Both the position numbers and the translations under genes were made by a program. The notes below the pieces were generated by a model that was not told the DNA's origin, ran no database searches, and saw only the letters and a list, made by a program, of their open reading frames with translations. A DNA stretch of 64,000 nt from a phage, in assembly GCA_033239445.1 (NCBI GenBank), contig GCA_033239445.1_3953.1. One strand, 5' to 3'. This document shows, piece by piece, positions 16,654 through 24,928 of the stretch; positions within the stretch are counted from its first letter, which is position 1; every line of letters starts with the position of its first letter.

Positions 16654-16849
16654 TTAGTGATTCTCCAGTTTAGGAAGTTGCCTTTTGAAGATACTATATA
16701 GATATGATTAGACCTTTGCAAGTACTTTTTACGCTTATCTATAAAGAATCTATTAAGTTAATCCCTTTTAGATAAACCCCCTCGAACAAAGTTACACTTG
16801 TCAAGGGGCATTGTCAATAGTTTTTCAAAAGATTTTTATAAGTTGTTGA

Positions 16850-17191
16850 TTAGCTTATAAAGATTTTTTCTGGCTTAACATAGGTTAATGACTGTTTTTT
16901 AAGCAAATCAGACCAAATGAGCGCGGCAATGTGACTATATCCCTTTTCTCTTAACTCCTGCATAGCTGATTTGCGAGTTTCGAAACGTGTAGCATAGTAT
17001 TCAGTGTTAAGGGTAGTTTTATTCCCTTCATTGTCAACATGTACAATCTGCATCACTTGAAACGGGCTTACATCTTCTCCCCTGTTCCATTGCTCAAAGT
17101 ACTTGAGACACTGCATAGGTTTCATTTTGTCGTTAACTTGGGTAGACCATGACGAATTTTCTTTATCGGTGATAATTGTTACATAGGCCAT
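16850..17191 (-). CDS. hypothetical protein (small-gene array)
   Basis: 113 aa; conserved leader upstream. Confidence 0.55.
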   Translation of the reverse strand: MAYVTIITDKENSSWSTQVNDKMKPMQCLKYFEQWNRGEDVSPFQVMQIVHVDNEGNKTTLNTEYYATRFETRKSAMQELREKGYSHIAALIWSDLLKKQSLTYVKPEKIFIS

Positions 17192-17283
17192 TTTTAGATT
17201 CTCCAGTTTAGGATTGTTGGTAAAGCTCTTTCTCTGGGGCTTAAGATACTAGCTTTTAAACCCCATGTAAAGCACTTTATTAG
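17192..17283 (-). promoter_or_regulatory. conserved promoter/leader cassette, type I (sigma70-like TTTACA-N17-TATCTT inside GGGG/CCCC inverted repeat)
   Basis: Minus strand reads TTTACAtggggtttaaaagctagTATCTTaagcccc ... CCTAAACTGGAGAATCTAAAA-ATG. Confidence 0.55.
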
Positions 17284-17505
17284 TTATTTGTAGTAATAGT
17301 ATGTAAAATCATTTATCAGGCTTCCAGCCTCATCGTTATACTGCTTATGACTAGCCAGATAACCGCCATTAGCTAGAATTTCATCAATCAACTTTTTAGC
17401 GTCATCGTTGGGAATTCTAACAGGGTTATTAAACGGTTGTAAATAGGTACGACGAACATTTGAGAATTTAAAATCAATGGTTTTTACGTTAAGAACTTGC
17501 AACAT
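17284..17505 (-). CDS. small hypothetical protein (small-gene array)
   Basis: ORF-track frame 17284-17583 trimmed: its first 26 codons translate the conserved leader (NNPKLEIQK); true start taken as the ATG after the SD. Confidence 0.5.
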   Translation of the reverse strand: MLQVLNVKTIDFKFSNVRRTYLQPFNNPVRIPNDDAKKLIDEILANGGYLASHKQYNDEAGSLINDFTYYYYK

Positions 17506-17583
17506 TTTTTGAATCTCCAGTTTAGGATTGTTGGGATGTTTCCCGTTGATGAATACTTTACTTTCTTGCGTTTTCAGTGTCAA
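17506..17583 (-). promoter_or_regulatory. conserved leader cassette, type II variant
   Basis: gggatgtttccc hairpin plus CCTAAACTGGAGATTCAAAAA leader. Confidence 0.45.
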
Positions 17584-17814
17584 CTACTTTTCTATAAGAA
17601 TCTCATATTCACCATTCACACTATCAAAGTAAATACCTTCATCATCTTCTGACTTATAGTAACATTGGATATCATCCGATGTTGGGTAGTCTTGCCTTGC
17701 TATCTGACAGGCAACAATAGCATTATTTTCGCTACCTGTAAACTCTTCTAAACCTTTAAAGTCACATTGTGAACCATTGCAGATAGATAAGATAAGATAG
17801 ATTGTTGTAAGCAT
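17584..17814 (-). CDS. small hypothetical protein
   Basis: 76 aa; own RBS, no conserved cassette; hairpin agccccgcacaggggct in its 5-prime region. Confidence 0.5.
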   Translation of the reverse strand: MLTTIYLILSICNGSQCDFKGLEEFTGSENNAIVACQIARQDYPTSDDIQCYYKSEDDEGIYFDSVNGEYEILIEK

Positions 17815-17877
17815 CTTTTAAGCCTCTTGTAAGCCCCTGTGCGGGGCTTTTCTAGTGAACTGGCATGATTCTATGGT

Positions 17878-18435
17878 TTATGCTGTTAATTCGTTTATAG
17901 CCGTTTCTGCTACGTTACATTGCATTGTGTCAAAGATATCACAATATACATTGCTCATCTCATCACTACGTTGGACTATTGCCGCAATGTTGCGTAATTC
18001 ATCCGGTATATAACCCAAGTTCCTATTATTCAGGTTAGGGACAAAGAAAGGCGCATACATAGCATTAAATTCAGTTGTGTAAACCTTTTTAATCCATTCT
18101 TTATCGAAATATTCTGTAAAGCTTGCTACGTCGCTCATGTTCTCACAGCTCCAGTCATCTTGTAAATCATCTTCTGGAATATCCAGTTCCAAGATAACAA
18201 GCTTTTGTGACTTCATTTGATAGGCTGCTGTAATGCTTGCGCTATCAAGCGCGTTTCTAATACCTTCATCTGTGATTTGTTCGTCATCCAGATTCTCTAC
18301 ATCATAGAACTTGTTAACAGGGTAGACGTAAAAACATCCATCCATATCAGAGCAATTCCAGACTCCTGATGGTTTATCACCGCCATTGATAAGGTTTACG
18401 AAGTTTTCTTGTGTAGTACCGTGGAAGCATTTCAT
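17878..18435 (-). CDS. hypothetical protein (small-gene array)
   Basis: 185 aa; conserved leader upstream. Confidence 0.6.
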   Translation of the reverse strand: MKCFHGTTQENFVNLINGGDKPSGVWNCSDMDGCFYVYPVNKFYDVENLDDEQITDEGIRNALDSASITAAYQMKSQKLVILELDIPEDDLQDDWSCENMSDVASFTEYFDKEWIKKVYTTEFNAMYAPFFVPNLNNRNLGYIPDELRNIAAIVQRSDEMSNVYCDIFDTMQCNVAETAINELTA

Positions 18436-18519
18436 TTTAGATTCTCCAGTTTAGGATTGTTGGTAAAGCTCTTTATCTGGGGCTTATCTTATCTAACTAT
18501 AAACCCCATGTAAAGGACT
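18436..18519 (-). promoter_or_regulatory. conserved promoter/leader cassette, type I (TTTACA-N17-TAAGAT)
   Basis: -35 TTTACA is the complement of 18509-18514, -10 TAAGAT the complement of 18486-18491, 17-nt spacer; followed by CCTAAACTGGAGAATCTAAA-ATG. Confidence 0.6.
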
Positions 18520-18768
18520 TTATTTAGTTTTCTTTGTAAAGATTAGTTTAACGGCAACAGTTGGTAACTCTTCAATACTTGTGAACAAAGTCACTTTTTG
18601 AGTCTTAACATTATAGCCATACTTTGAACCATAAGCCGTAAAACGGTTTACAATGTAACTGTAAGTTTTTGCAGTGTTATCTGGCATATGATATAAAAAC
18701 GGCTTGCCAAGGTTATCAAATTGTGTTAAGAGTCGGCAAGTGTCAGGGATATTCAACATATTAAACAT
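18520..18768 (-). CDS. small hypothetical protein (small-gene array)
   Basis: 82 aa; conserved leader upstream. Confidence 0.55.
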   Translation of the reverse strand: MFNMLNIPDTCRLLTQFDNLGKPFLYHMPDNTAKTYSYIVNRFTAYGSKYGYNVKTQKVTLFTSIEELPTVAVKLIFTKKTK

Positions 18769-18855
18769 TTTCAGATTCTCCAGTTTAGGATTGATTTAGT
18801 AAAGCTCTTTATCTGGGGCTATCTTATCAACTTGATAACCCCATGTAAAGCACTT
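18769..18855 (-). promoter_or_regulatory. conserved promoter/leader cassette, type I
   Basis: Minus strand TTTACAtggggttatcaagttgaTAAGATagcccc plus shared leader. Confidence 0.6.
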
Positions 18856-19104
18856 TTAGATGTTTTTATAACCTGCCGATGTGCATAAACCTTTTACAAG
18901 TTCAAAAGTCCATAATAAATCTTTGTATTCTATTTGAATCTCAGTTACAAGGTCTGTTTTTCGTTCGTTAGTTTTGAAATTCACTGTATACGTGTACTCA
19001 AAATCGAAATTACTTTTTATTTCCCCATACCGTCTACATTCTTTGTATACATCATCGAGAAAACCATTTTTCATCATACTTTTGAGTTGTGTTTTTGTTT
19101 TCAT
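18856..19104 (-). CDS. small hypothetical protein (small-gene array)
   Basis: ORF-track frame 18856-19176 trimmed; upstream 24 codons translate the conserved leader. Confidence 0.5.
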   Translation of the reverse strand: MKTKTQLKSMMKNGFLDDVYKECRRYGEIKSNFDFEYTYTVNFKTNERKTDLVTEIQIEYKDLLWTFELVKGLCTSAGYKNI

Positions 19105-19176
19105 CTTTTGAATCTCCAGTTTAGGGTTGTTTCGTTGTCTGATGAGTACTTTACTACTATGCTTTTGCAGTGTCAA
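19105..19176 (-). promoter_or_regulatory. conserved leader cassette, degenerate type II
   Basis: CCCTAAACTGGAGATTCAAAAG leader present; upstream part diverged. Confidence 0.4.
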
Positions 19177-19584
19177 TCAAATTTCTGAATAAATTGCGTC
19201 ACAAATTTCACGGAAAATCTCTTTTGAAAGATTACGCTGTAACCATGTTGCAAAGAAATCAGCAATTGCAAAGTTTGCATCAAAATCAACACATAGCCAC
19301 ACTTTAACAGCAAATCTAAACATTTTCAAGTCAAGTTCTTTATTCATTACTTTTGACTTTGACAGCATTTCCTTCATCTCATATTGAGCACCGTCAATTA
19401 TAGCTCCTGCTGCTACATCTTGCAAGGATTCTTTAAGCTGTTTTGTGTCTACTACTGCGCCCTGAATTTTACCGATGATATTATGTAGTGTTTCGTCTGG
19501 TGCTGCTGATGTTACAATGTTGATGCGGTTAATGGTCAAACGTGCTTTCAAAATTGCAACTTCTTTGTGATTAACATTAGTCAT
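19177..19584 (-). CDS. hypothetical protein (small-gene array)
   Basis: 135 aa; conserved leader upstream. Confidence 0.6.
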   Translation of the reverse strand: MTNVNHKEVAILKARLTINRINIVTSAAPDETLHNIIGKIQGAVVDTKQLKESLQDVAAGAIIDGAQYEMKEMLSKSKVMNKELDLKMFRFAVKVWLCVDFDANFAIADFFATWLQRNLSKEIFREICDAIYSEI

Positions 19585-19673
19585 TTTCTAGTCTCCAGTT
19601 TAGGTTAGTTTTAGATAAATCTCTTTATCTGGGGCTATCTTAGCAACTTGATAACCCCATGTAAAGCAATTTA
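19585..19673 (-). promoter_or_regulatory. conserved promoter/leader cassette, type I
   Basis: Minus strand TTTACAtggggttatcaagttgcTAAGATagcccc plus leader. Confidence 0.6.
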
Positions 19674-19946
19674 TTAGACTAAATACAATTTTTTACCACT
19701 AACAATAATGTAACTTACGCCGCTATTACTGTAAACATCTTGATAAATTCTGCGTAACTTTCCAAGGTATCGAACTTTCCAAGATGTAGGAATTTTCTTT
19801 CCATATCCTGTGGCGGTTTTTTGTAAACCTGCTACTTGCCAATCTAATAGGTGCTGTTCTGCTCTTAACTCTTCAAAGTTTAATACACCGTCTATATAGT
19901 GTTTTAAAGTTACGTTCAAAGTTCGACCGTCATTAGTAGTATACAT
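19674..19946 (-). CDS. small hypothetical protein (small-gene array)
   Basis: 90 aa; conserved leader upstream. Confidence 0.55.
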   Translation of the reverse strand: MYTTNDGRTLNVTLKHYIDGVLNFEELRAEQHLLDWQVAGLQKTATGYGKKIPTSWKVRYLGKLRRIYQDVYSNSGVSYIIVSGKKLYLV

Positions 19947-20005
19947 TTTCAGATTCTCCAGTTTAGGATTGTTGGGGCTTCTATCTTGCCCCGTTGATGA
20001 ATACT
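19947..20005 (-). promoter_or_regulatory. conserved leader cassette, type II
   Basis: ggggcttctatcttgcccc hairpin plus CCTAAACTGGAGAATCTGAAA leader. Confidence 0.5.
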
Positions 20006-20353
20006 TTACTTGTTTTGATTCTGCATTGCAAGCTCTTTTTTATTAATTTCTTGCGCTATCACGATATAATAATCTTTCAGGTTTATATCTTGAATTGACT
20101 CAAGAAGTATGTCATAATCACTGATTAATTTAAAATCACCGTCTAGGATGTTATCAATCCGGTATGTTTCTGCTTTGAATCGAAAGCTCATCTCTAAGCG
20201 TTTCAATTGTTCTAAGCTTAAACGCTCTAGAAAGCCCCGTACAAGGTTTATTTTTAAATCCCTTGTAAGTGCCTTATTAGCTATACTGTGCGCTTGTAAG
20301 GCTTTATAGAGCGCCACAATAGAGATAAAAATTGCAACGTATGTGATTAACAT
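20006..20353 (-). CDS. hypothetical membrane protein
   Basis: 115 aa; N-terminal hydrophobic helix; second gene of a two-gene unit with 20347-20643. Confidence 0.5.
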   Translation of the reverse strand: MLITYVAIFISIVALYKALQAHSIANKALTRDLKINLVRGFLERLSLEQLKRLEMSFRFKAETYRIDNILDGDFKLISDYDILLESIQDINLKDYYIVIAQEINKKELAMQNQNK

Positions 20354-20643
20354 TTGTTTTTACCTTTGTGGAATAGTTTACCAGTGTGACTAATTTCATA
20401 TGAATCAACCATATCTCTAGTGGTCTTAATCGATGACTTATTAGTGTTATCATAGATATCAACCTGAAGCAATGGTTTTTTGTATTCTTTACAAAAGTTC
20501 CATACACAAATTATTACTTCCTTTTTGTTAATCTTTCCATGATACCACTCTACGGCTTCAGATGTACGGCGCATAGATTCAATGAATTGGATATTACTTA
20601 ATAGCTGGCTTAATTTAGTTCTAACGTTTGCGGCAATAAACAT
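20347..20643 (-). CDS. small hypothetical protein (small-gene array)
   Basis: 98 aa; conserved leader upstream. Confidence 0.55.
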   Translation of the reverse strand: MFIAANVRTKLSQLLSNIQFIESMRRTSEAVEWYHGKINKKEVIICVWNFCKEYKKPLLQVDIYDNTNKSSIKTTRDMVDSYEISHTGKLFHKGKNKC

Positions 20644-20727
20644 TTTAGATTCTCCAGTTTAGGATTGTTTGTAAAGCTCTTTATCTGGGGCTATCTTATC
20701 AACTTGATAACCCCATGTAAAGCACTT
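20644..20727 (-). promoter_or_regulatory. conserved promoter/leader cassette, type I
   Basis: Same TTTACA-N17-TAAGAT core inside GGGG/CCCC repeat plus leader. Confidence 0.6.
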
Positions 20728-21240
20728 TTAGATATTAAAGATATTCATAACAGAATCTTTCAAGGCTTCTAAACGTTCCATTACTTCAGATTCTCCATCG
20801 GAGTTCGACACTTCCTCTTCTAATCGTGAATCTAAATCTTCCCCGTCAAGATAGCACCAATCGAAGCCATAAGCAAGAGAAAAGCTATTTAATACTGTAT
20901 TACCTTCTTTATCTTCTACCTTTGCAAATAGCACGTAGCTGTTAGCCTCTAAATCTCTTTGTAATTCATCTTGTAAGCTCTTGTAAGCCTCTATAGATGG
21001 ATTTTCGCGGCCTTGTTTAGCATAATCACTCATCAATTGTGAAAGGCTGTAATGCTGTGGAATTGCATATTTGTACCCGTTACGCTCTGGATTTTTAAGT
21101 TTGATTGTAACCCCGCCTTTGTGCTCATCGGTAAACTTCCAATTCTCCACACAATGGGATGCTTCACAAATATTAACAGCTTCATAGATGATAGTGAATT
21201 TTTCTTTTTGGACTTCAAAGGTAGCTTCAACAAAATTCAT
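20728..21240 (-). CDS. hypothetical protein (small-gene array)
   Basis: 170 aa; conserved leader upstream. Confidence 0.6.
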   Translation of the reverse strand: MNFVEATFEVQKEKFTIIYEAVNICEASHCVENWKFTDEHKGGVTIKLKNPERNGYKYAIPQHYSLSQLMSDYAKQGRENPSIEAYKSLQDELQRDLEANSYVLFAKVEDKEGNTVLNSFSLAYGFDWCYLDGEDLDSRLEEEVSNSDGESEVMERLEALKDSVMNIFNI

Positions 21241-21331
21241 TTTAGATTCTCCAGTTTAGGACTATTGGTTAGTAAAGCTCTTTATCTGGGGCTTATATTA
21301 TCTAACTATAAACCCCATGTAAAGCACTTTA
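21241..21331 (-). promoter_or_regulatory. conserved promoter/leader cassette, type I (TTTACA-N17-TAATAT)
   Basis: Minus strand TTTACAtggggtttatagttagaTAATATaagcccc plus leader. Confidence 0.6.
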
Positions 21332-21589
21332 TCAGATTAAATTGTCAGTTAATGATAAGTGCATTTTATAACCTTTCTTCGTGTAGACGTTAGTTCTACC
21401 GATTGCTTTTACACCTTTGAAAAGGTCATAGGAACTACGTTTTAAAGTAATTTCCTTATCACATTTTACGCCCCATCTTACAGCAGATTCTTTTCCGTTG
21501 TCAACCACTTTACCATTTAGTTTTTTAGCAGTTGCGCGAGCGTCATCACGAGATTTTGCAGATACAATGATGTTTTTGATAGTAGCCAT
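21332..21589 (-). CDS. small hypothetical protein (small-gene array)
   Basis: 85 aa; conserved leader upstream. Confidence 0.55.
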   Translation of the reverse strand: MATIKNIIVSAKSRDDARATAKKLNGKVVDNGKESAVRWGVKCDKEITLKRSSYDLFKGVKAIGRTNVYTKKGYKMHLSLTDNLI

Positions 21590-21680
21590 TTTTGATACTC
21601 CAGTTTAGGTTATTGTTTGGTAAAGCTCTTTATCTGGGGCTTATCTTATCTAACTATAAACCCCATGTAAAGGACTTTAT
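21590..21680 (-). promoter_or_regulatory. conserved promoter/leader cassette, type I
   Basis: TTTACA-N17-TAAGAT core plus CCTAAACTGGAGTATCAAAA leader. Confidence 0.6.
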
Positions 21681-22061
21681 TTAGTTAATTTTGAAAACTG
21701 TAACGTAGCCGTCACTACCAATAGTTTGAGATACTCCAGCTTTCTCTACATCATACCCCATTTTATCAAGATGGTACATTGCATCTTCATACCCATATTT
21801 ACCGCCTTGATAGCGTCTTTTTTCACAGCGTATCACAGTTTTACCACGTCCTGCAATAGCATTTATTATAGCTTTTTCACCGGATAGTGTACCGTCAAGC
21901 ATAGTAGCTTTGTAGTGGTTAATACGGTTACCATTAACATCATACTTAAAATTGTAAGCGTGAACAACAATTATTTTTCCTTTGAAGTTTTCTTTCATAG
22001 TTTCCTCTAAGATACTACGAAAGTTTTCTTTGTTGATAAATTTAGGCGCACGATATTTCAT
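21681..22061 (-). CDS. hypothetical protein (small-gene array)
   Basis: 126 aa; conserved leader upstream. Confidence 0.6.
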   Translation of the reverse strand: MKYRAPKFINKENFRSILEETMKENFKGKIIVVHAYNFKYDVNGNRINHYKATMLDGTLSGEKAIINAIAGRGKTVIRCEKRRYQGGKYGYEDAMYHLDKMGYDVEKAGVSQTIGSDGYVTVFKIN

Positions 22062-22145
22062 TTTAGATTCTCCAGTTTAGGATTGTTGGTAAAGCTCTTT
22101 ATCTGGGGCTTAAGATACTAGCTTTTAAACCCCATGTAAAGCACT
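22062..22145 (-). promoter_or_regulatory. conserved promoter/leader cassette, type I
   Basis: TTTACA-N17-TATCTT core plus leader. Confidence 0.55.
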
Positions 22146-22352
22146 TTAAACGTTATAATAATAAATTGCTGTATGCCTTGTAAACTGTCTTGTATGAGTT
22201 GTCAAATAACAATCAGACCTGATTGACGTATCAACATATTCATCAAAATCCTTTTCTGAGATACGTTGCCAAACATCACAAATTAGCATATAGAAACGAC
22301 GTTTATTTGTTTTGTTGTTGTCAACAATCATTAACTCACGTTGATATAACAT
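22146..22352 (-). CDS. small hypothetical protein (first gene of the array)
   Basis: 68 aa; conserved leader upstream. Confidence 0.5.
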   Translation of the reverse strand: MLYQRELMIVDNNKTNKRRFYMLICDVWQRISEKDFDEYVDTSIRSDCYLTTHTRQFTRHTAIYYYNV

Positions 22353-22410
22353 TTTTAGATTCTCCAGTTTAGGATTGTTGGGATGTTTCCCGTTGATGCA
22401 AATACTATAA
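22353..22410 (-). promoter_or_regulatory. conserved leader cassette, type II variant
   Basis: gggatgtttccc hairpin plus CCTAAACTGGAGAATCTAAAA leader. Confidence 0.45.
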
Positions 22411-22603
22411 GACTGGATTTATGAAGTCAACAAAATTTTTAAAAATATTTTCGATGCTTCGTGAATAGAACGCACGTATGCGAATACACTAAAACAGAAA
22501 TCTAGTCAAGAATTATTTTTCAGTTCTCTACAAATTTTTAGCTTGACTTTTAGGAGGAAGGGGAGTAAGAGGGGATGGTGGGTCTGGCTTCCTACAGCTA
22601 CCT

Positions 22604-22815
22604 GCCTGCACAATTTGAAAATGAATTTTCCCTTTGGAGTCCAACTGCATCTGCACAAATTGAAAATGAAAAAGCTCTTTGGAGTCTAGACCTGCACGTT
22701 TTGAAAATGAATTTTCCCTTTGGAGTCCAGCTAAAGAAATCTGTCCAGAGTTCTACAAAATAATACCTGCACAAATTTGAAATGAAAAAGCCCCCCTTAC
22801 CTGAGATTTAAAACT
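22604..22815. repeat. four imperfect tandem direct repeats of about 45 bp
   Basis: Units at about 22604, 22644, 22690 and 22774 share CTGCACAA(A)TTTGAAAATGAA ... CTTTGGAGTC; non-coding region between the small-gene array and the macro-domain gene. Confidence 0.6.
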
Positions 22816-22856
22816 CAAACTTTGGAGGGCTTGTCTATATTTATCTAGGTGACTTA

Positions 22857-23651
22857 TTAGTTACGTGCTTCAACATAGTTTACGTCTTCATGTGTGATAT
22901 AATATTCTGCAAACTCTTCTGTAGTCGCATTGATATACACACTTGCATCATCACCAAACGTTACCGCTCTGTGGTAGTGGCCCTGTAACGGGTGGGTAAC
23001 TTGAGCGTTACTTTGATTGTACTTCTCAACCGGAGGGTAACTGGTGTGTACCTTGCCATTACGCTTCACCTTGAGGGTAACTTTATCCTTGCCTACCACA
23101 GCAACACCATCAAAGTATTGAGGCTCACTGAAGTTCTCCCAACCAGTAACAGGACTAGTCAACTGACTGTACATCTTATCTTCATAGACATACATATATA
23201 CGTCAACATCTTTCATGGTCTGATTAATAATGGACAGCACAGCCATACTATCAAGACCACCAATCCCTGCACCAATCATAGGGAGTCCAACCTTCTTAAG
23301 CTGGTTTACTTTACAGTAGTTGTTAAGACGCTGTAAAGCTGCTTCTAAGGCATTGTATCGTGCATTTTTTCCAGTGATAACCTGAGTATAAAGGTTAGCA
23401 ATTCGACCCTGCTTCAAACGTGCTACAGAGATGTTACCAAGCATTAGATGCTTAGGGTTATGGTTTTCACCACCTACTGTAGCATAAACTTCAGCGTCAG
23501 TTTCATAAGCTTTTGGGTAGCGTTTAGCAATTGTTGCTGCGATACCTGCACCCATCAAGTTCATGCAGTTACAACCGTGACCAATGATATCAAACTTCTT
23601 ACCATCAAAGTCTTTAAAGATATCACCTTTAATAATTTTTACGATACCCAT
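22857..23651 (-). CDS. macro-domain protein (putative ADP-ribose binding or hydrolase) with C-terminal extension
   Basis: N-terminal KGDIF ... DIIGHGCNCMNLMGAGIAATIAKRYP resembles the macro-domain core; start trimmed to ATG at 23651, which overlaps the upstream stop. Confidence 0.5.
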   Translation of the reverse strand: MGIVKIIKGDIFKDFDGKKFDIIGHGCNCMNLMGAGIAATIAKRYPKAYETDAEVYATVGGENHNPKHLMLGNISVARLKQGRIANLYTQVITGKNARYNALEAALQRLNNYCKVNQLKKVGLPMIGAGIGGLDSMAVLSIINQTMKDVDVYMYVYEDKMYSQLTSPVTGWENFSEPQYFDGVAVVGKDKVTLKVKRNGKVHTSYPPVEKYNQSNAQVTHPLQGHYHRAVTFGDDASVYINATTEEFAEYYITHEDVNYVEARN

Positions 23652-23652
23652 A

Positions 23653-23853
23653 TTAGTAATGCTCCCAACGTTCGTTATCTTCAGATGGTTTAACTCGGTT
23701 ACCTTCATGGTCTACCCATAGAGCACCGCAACCTTCACAGATTACTGGCATTGCTGAACCAGCTTCAAATTCTGCCTTTGTAAAGAGACCTTTTAAGTCT
23801 CCTGTATCTTTTCCAAACATCTCAACAGAACACTTAGTGCAGAAATCAGCCAT
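23653..23853 (-). CDS. small zinc-ribbon-like protein
   Basis: 66 aa with CxxC ... CxxC (CTKCS, CEGCG). Confidence 0.45.
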   Translation of the reverse strand: MADFCTKCSVEMFGKDTGDLKGLFTKAEFEAGSAMPVICEGCGALWVDHEGNRVKPSEDNERWEHY

Positions 23854-24082
23854 TTGATATTACCTCTTGGAAGTATGTATCACCTTCATAAGAGTAATTA
23901 CACTTAAACTCTTCTAAGCTTAATCTTGTAAGCAGAGGATTCAGGTAGTGTTTAAAATCCCCTATCTTGAAGTTGTAGTGAATCAAGGGGTTCATGAATG
24001 TTATTACCTCATCCCGTCCAACAAATATAGCCCCTACTAACACTTGACGTGTAACTTTACTTCTTACCAGAATTGCTTTCAT
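23846..24082 (-). CDS. hypothetical protein
   Basis: 78 aa ORF. Confidence 0.4.
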   Translation of the reverse strand: MKAILVRSKVTRQVLVGAIFVGRDEVITFMNPLIHYNFKIGDFKHYLNPLLTRLSLEEFKCNYSYEGDTYFQEVISNG

Positions 24083-24386
24083 ACATCACCTTTTCAGTTA
24101 GCTCAAACAGGTCAACATGTTCGATGCTTTCAATATGGATACCAACTTTTGCATAGCGTTCTTTAACATTCTCTGCATTAAGCCATATCAGACACCAATG
24201 ATTCTCTATGGATTCTTCAAGCTTGTCAACACAATCTTTAAAAGATTTCATATCTCCACGAGTACCAATGAATGCAACAACCCCATAGAGAAACTCTTTA
24301 CCACTGTGACAGACTTGTGCTGTACCAATTTCTTTCTCACCGTCTGAAAAGACGGCTACATAATTCTTACCATCTAGTTGCATCAC
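24057..24386 (-). CDS. hypothetical protein
   Basis: 109 aa ORF. Confidence 0.45.
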   Translation of the reverse strand: MMQLDGKNYVAVFSDGEKEIGTAQVCHSGKEFLYGVVAFIGTRGDMKSFKDCVDKLEESIENHWCLIWLNAENVKERYAKVGIHIESIEHVDLFELTEKVMYESNSGKK

Positions 24387-24392
24387 TAACCC

Positions 24393-24662
24393 TCACTTCC
24401 TCGTTTTAAGGACTGCATAGATTTCTTTAGAATCTTCCCCGAACCATGTGTAGTGATTCTCGTTGATTTCAGGATGGTTGTCAACACGTATTTTGCAATC
24501 TCTTCCAACTTGTTTAAGTTGTGCAGAAACACCCTGCATAAAGATGTGACAAGTTACATCATCCATAACCGTTGGCATGATGTCAAATCTCATGTAAGTG
24601 TTACTTGGTCTTGGTAACAGAAGATAACCTTCCACAAAAAATGTTTCATTCTTCTCTGTCAT
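24393..24662 (-). CDS. hypothetical protein
   Basis: 89 aa ORF. Confidence 0.45.
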   Translation of the reverse strand: MTEKNETFFVEGYLLLPRPSNTYMRFDIMPTVMDDVTCHIFMQGVSAQLKQVGRDCKIRVDNHPEINENHYTWFGEDSKEIYAVLKTRK

Positions 24663-24928
24663 TGCTGCTTATTCCCTAACAAAATCATATCAATCAAATT
24701 GTTTGCCTTGATAGTACATTCATAGTAACCATCACGATAAAACTCAAGAGCACTTGCAAGGTCTGCACCTTTAGTACCTTTAACCTCATACCGTGCTTCT
24801 TCTTGAGTGTACTTGTCACTCTCACTTACTTGGGAGTTTTTGAAGGTACTGTTCACTTTGTTCGTTGAACACCCTGACATAAGGCTCAGTAGCACAATCA
24901 TTAATAAAGACTGTCTTAGTTTTTTCAT
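24659..24928 (-). CDS. lipoprotein, possible outer-membrane spanin (Rz1-like)
   Basis: 89 aa; signal peptide ending in lipobox LMSGC; overlaps the C-terminus of the next gene in another frame. Confidence 0.45.
   Translation of the reverse strand: MKKLRQSLLMIVLLSLMSGCSTNKVNSTFKNSQVSESDKYTQEEARYEVKGTKGADLASALEFYRDGYYECTIKANNLIDMILLGNKQQ

Noticed and set aside
17506-17583. N-terminal 26 codons of ORF 17284-17583 (and likewise 19105-19176 of ORF 18856-19176)
   Set aside because: These codons translate the conserved leader cassette (NNPKLEIQK); the real start is the ATG 8 nt after the GGAGA Shine-Dalgarno, as in all other cassette-preceded genes.
15532-22410. Possible CRISPR array, given regularly spaced ~85-bp repeats
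   Set aside because: The intervening sequences are 200-560-bp protein-coding genes with start codons and RBS, the repeats carry promoter and Shine-Dalgarno elements, repeat spacing is irregular, and no cas genes are present.
22575-22763. 62-aa plus-strand ORF
   Set aside because: Its sequence is just the translation of the ~45-bp tandem repeats (ENEFSLWSP / ENEKALWSL), and it is antisense to the surrounding transcription; most likely non-coding.
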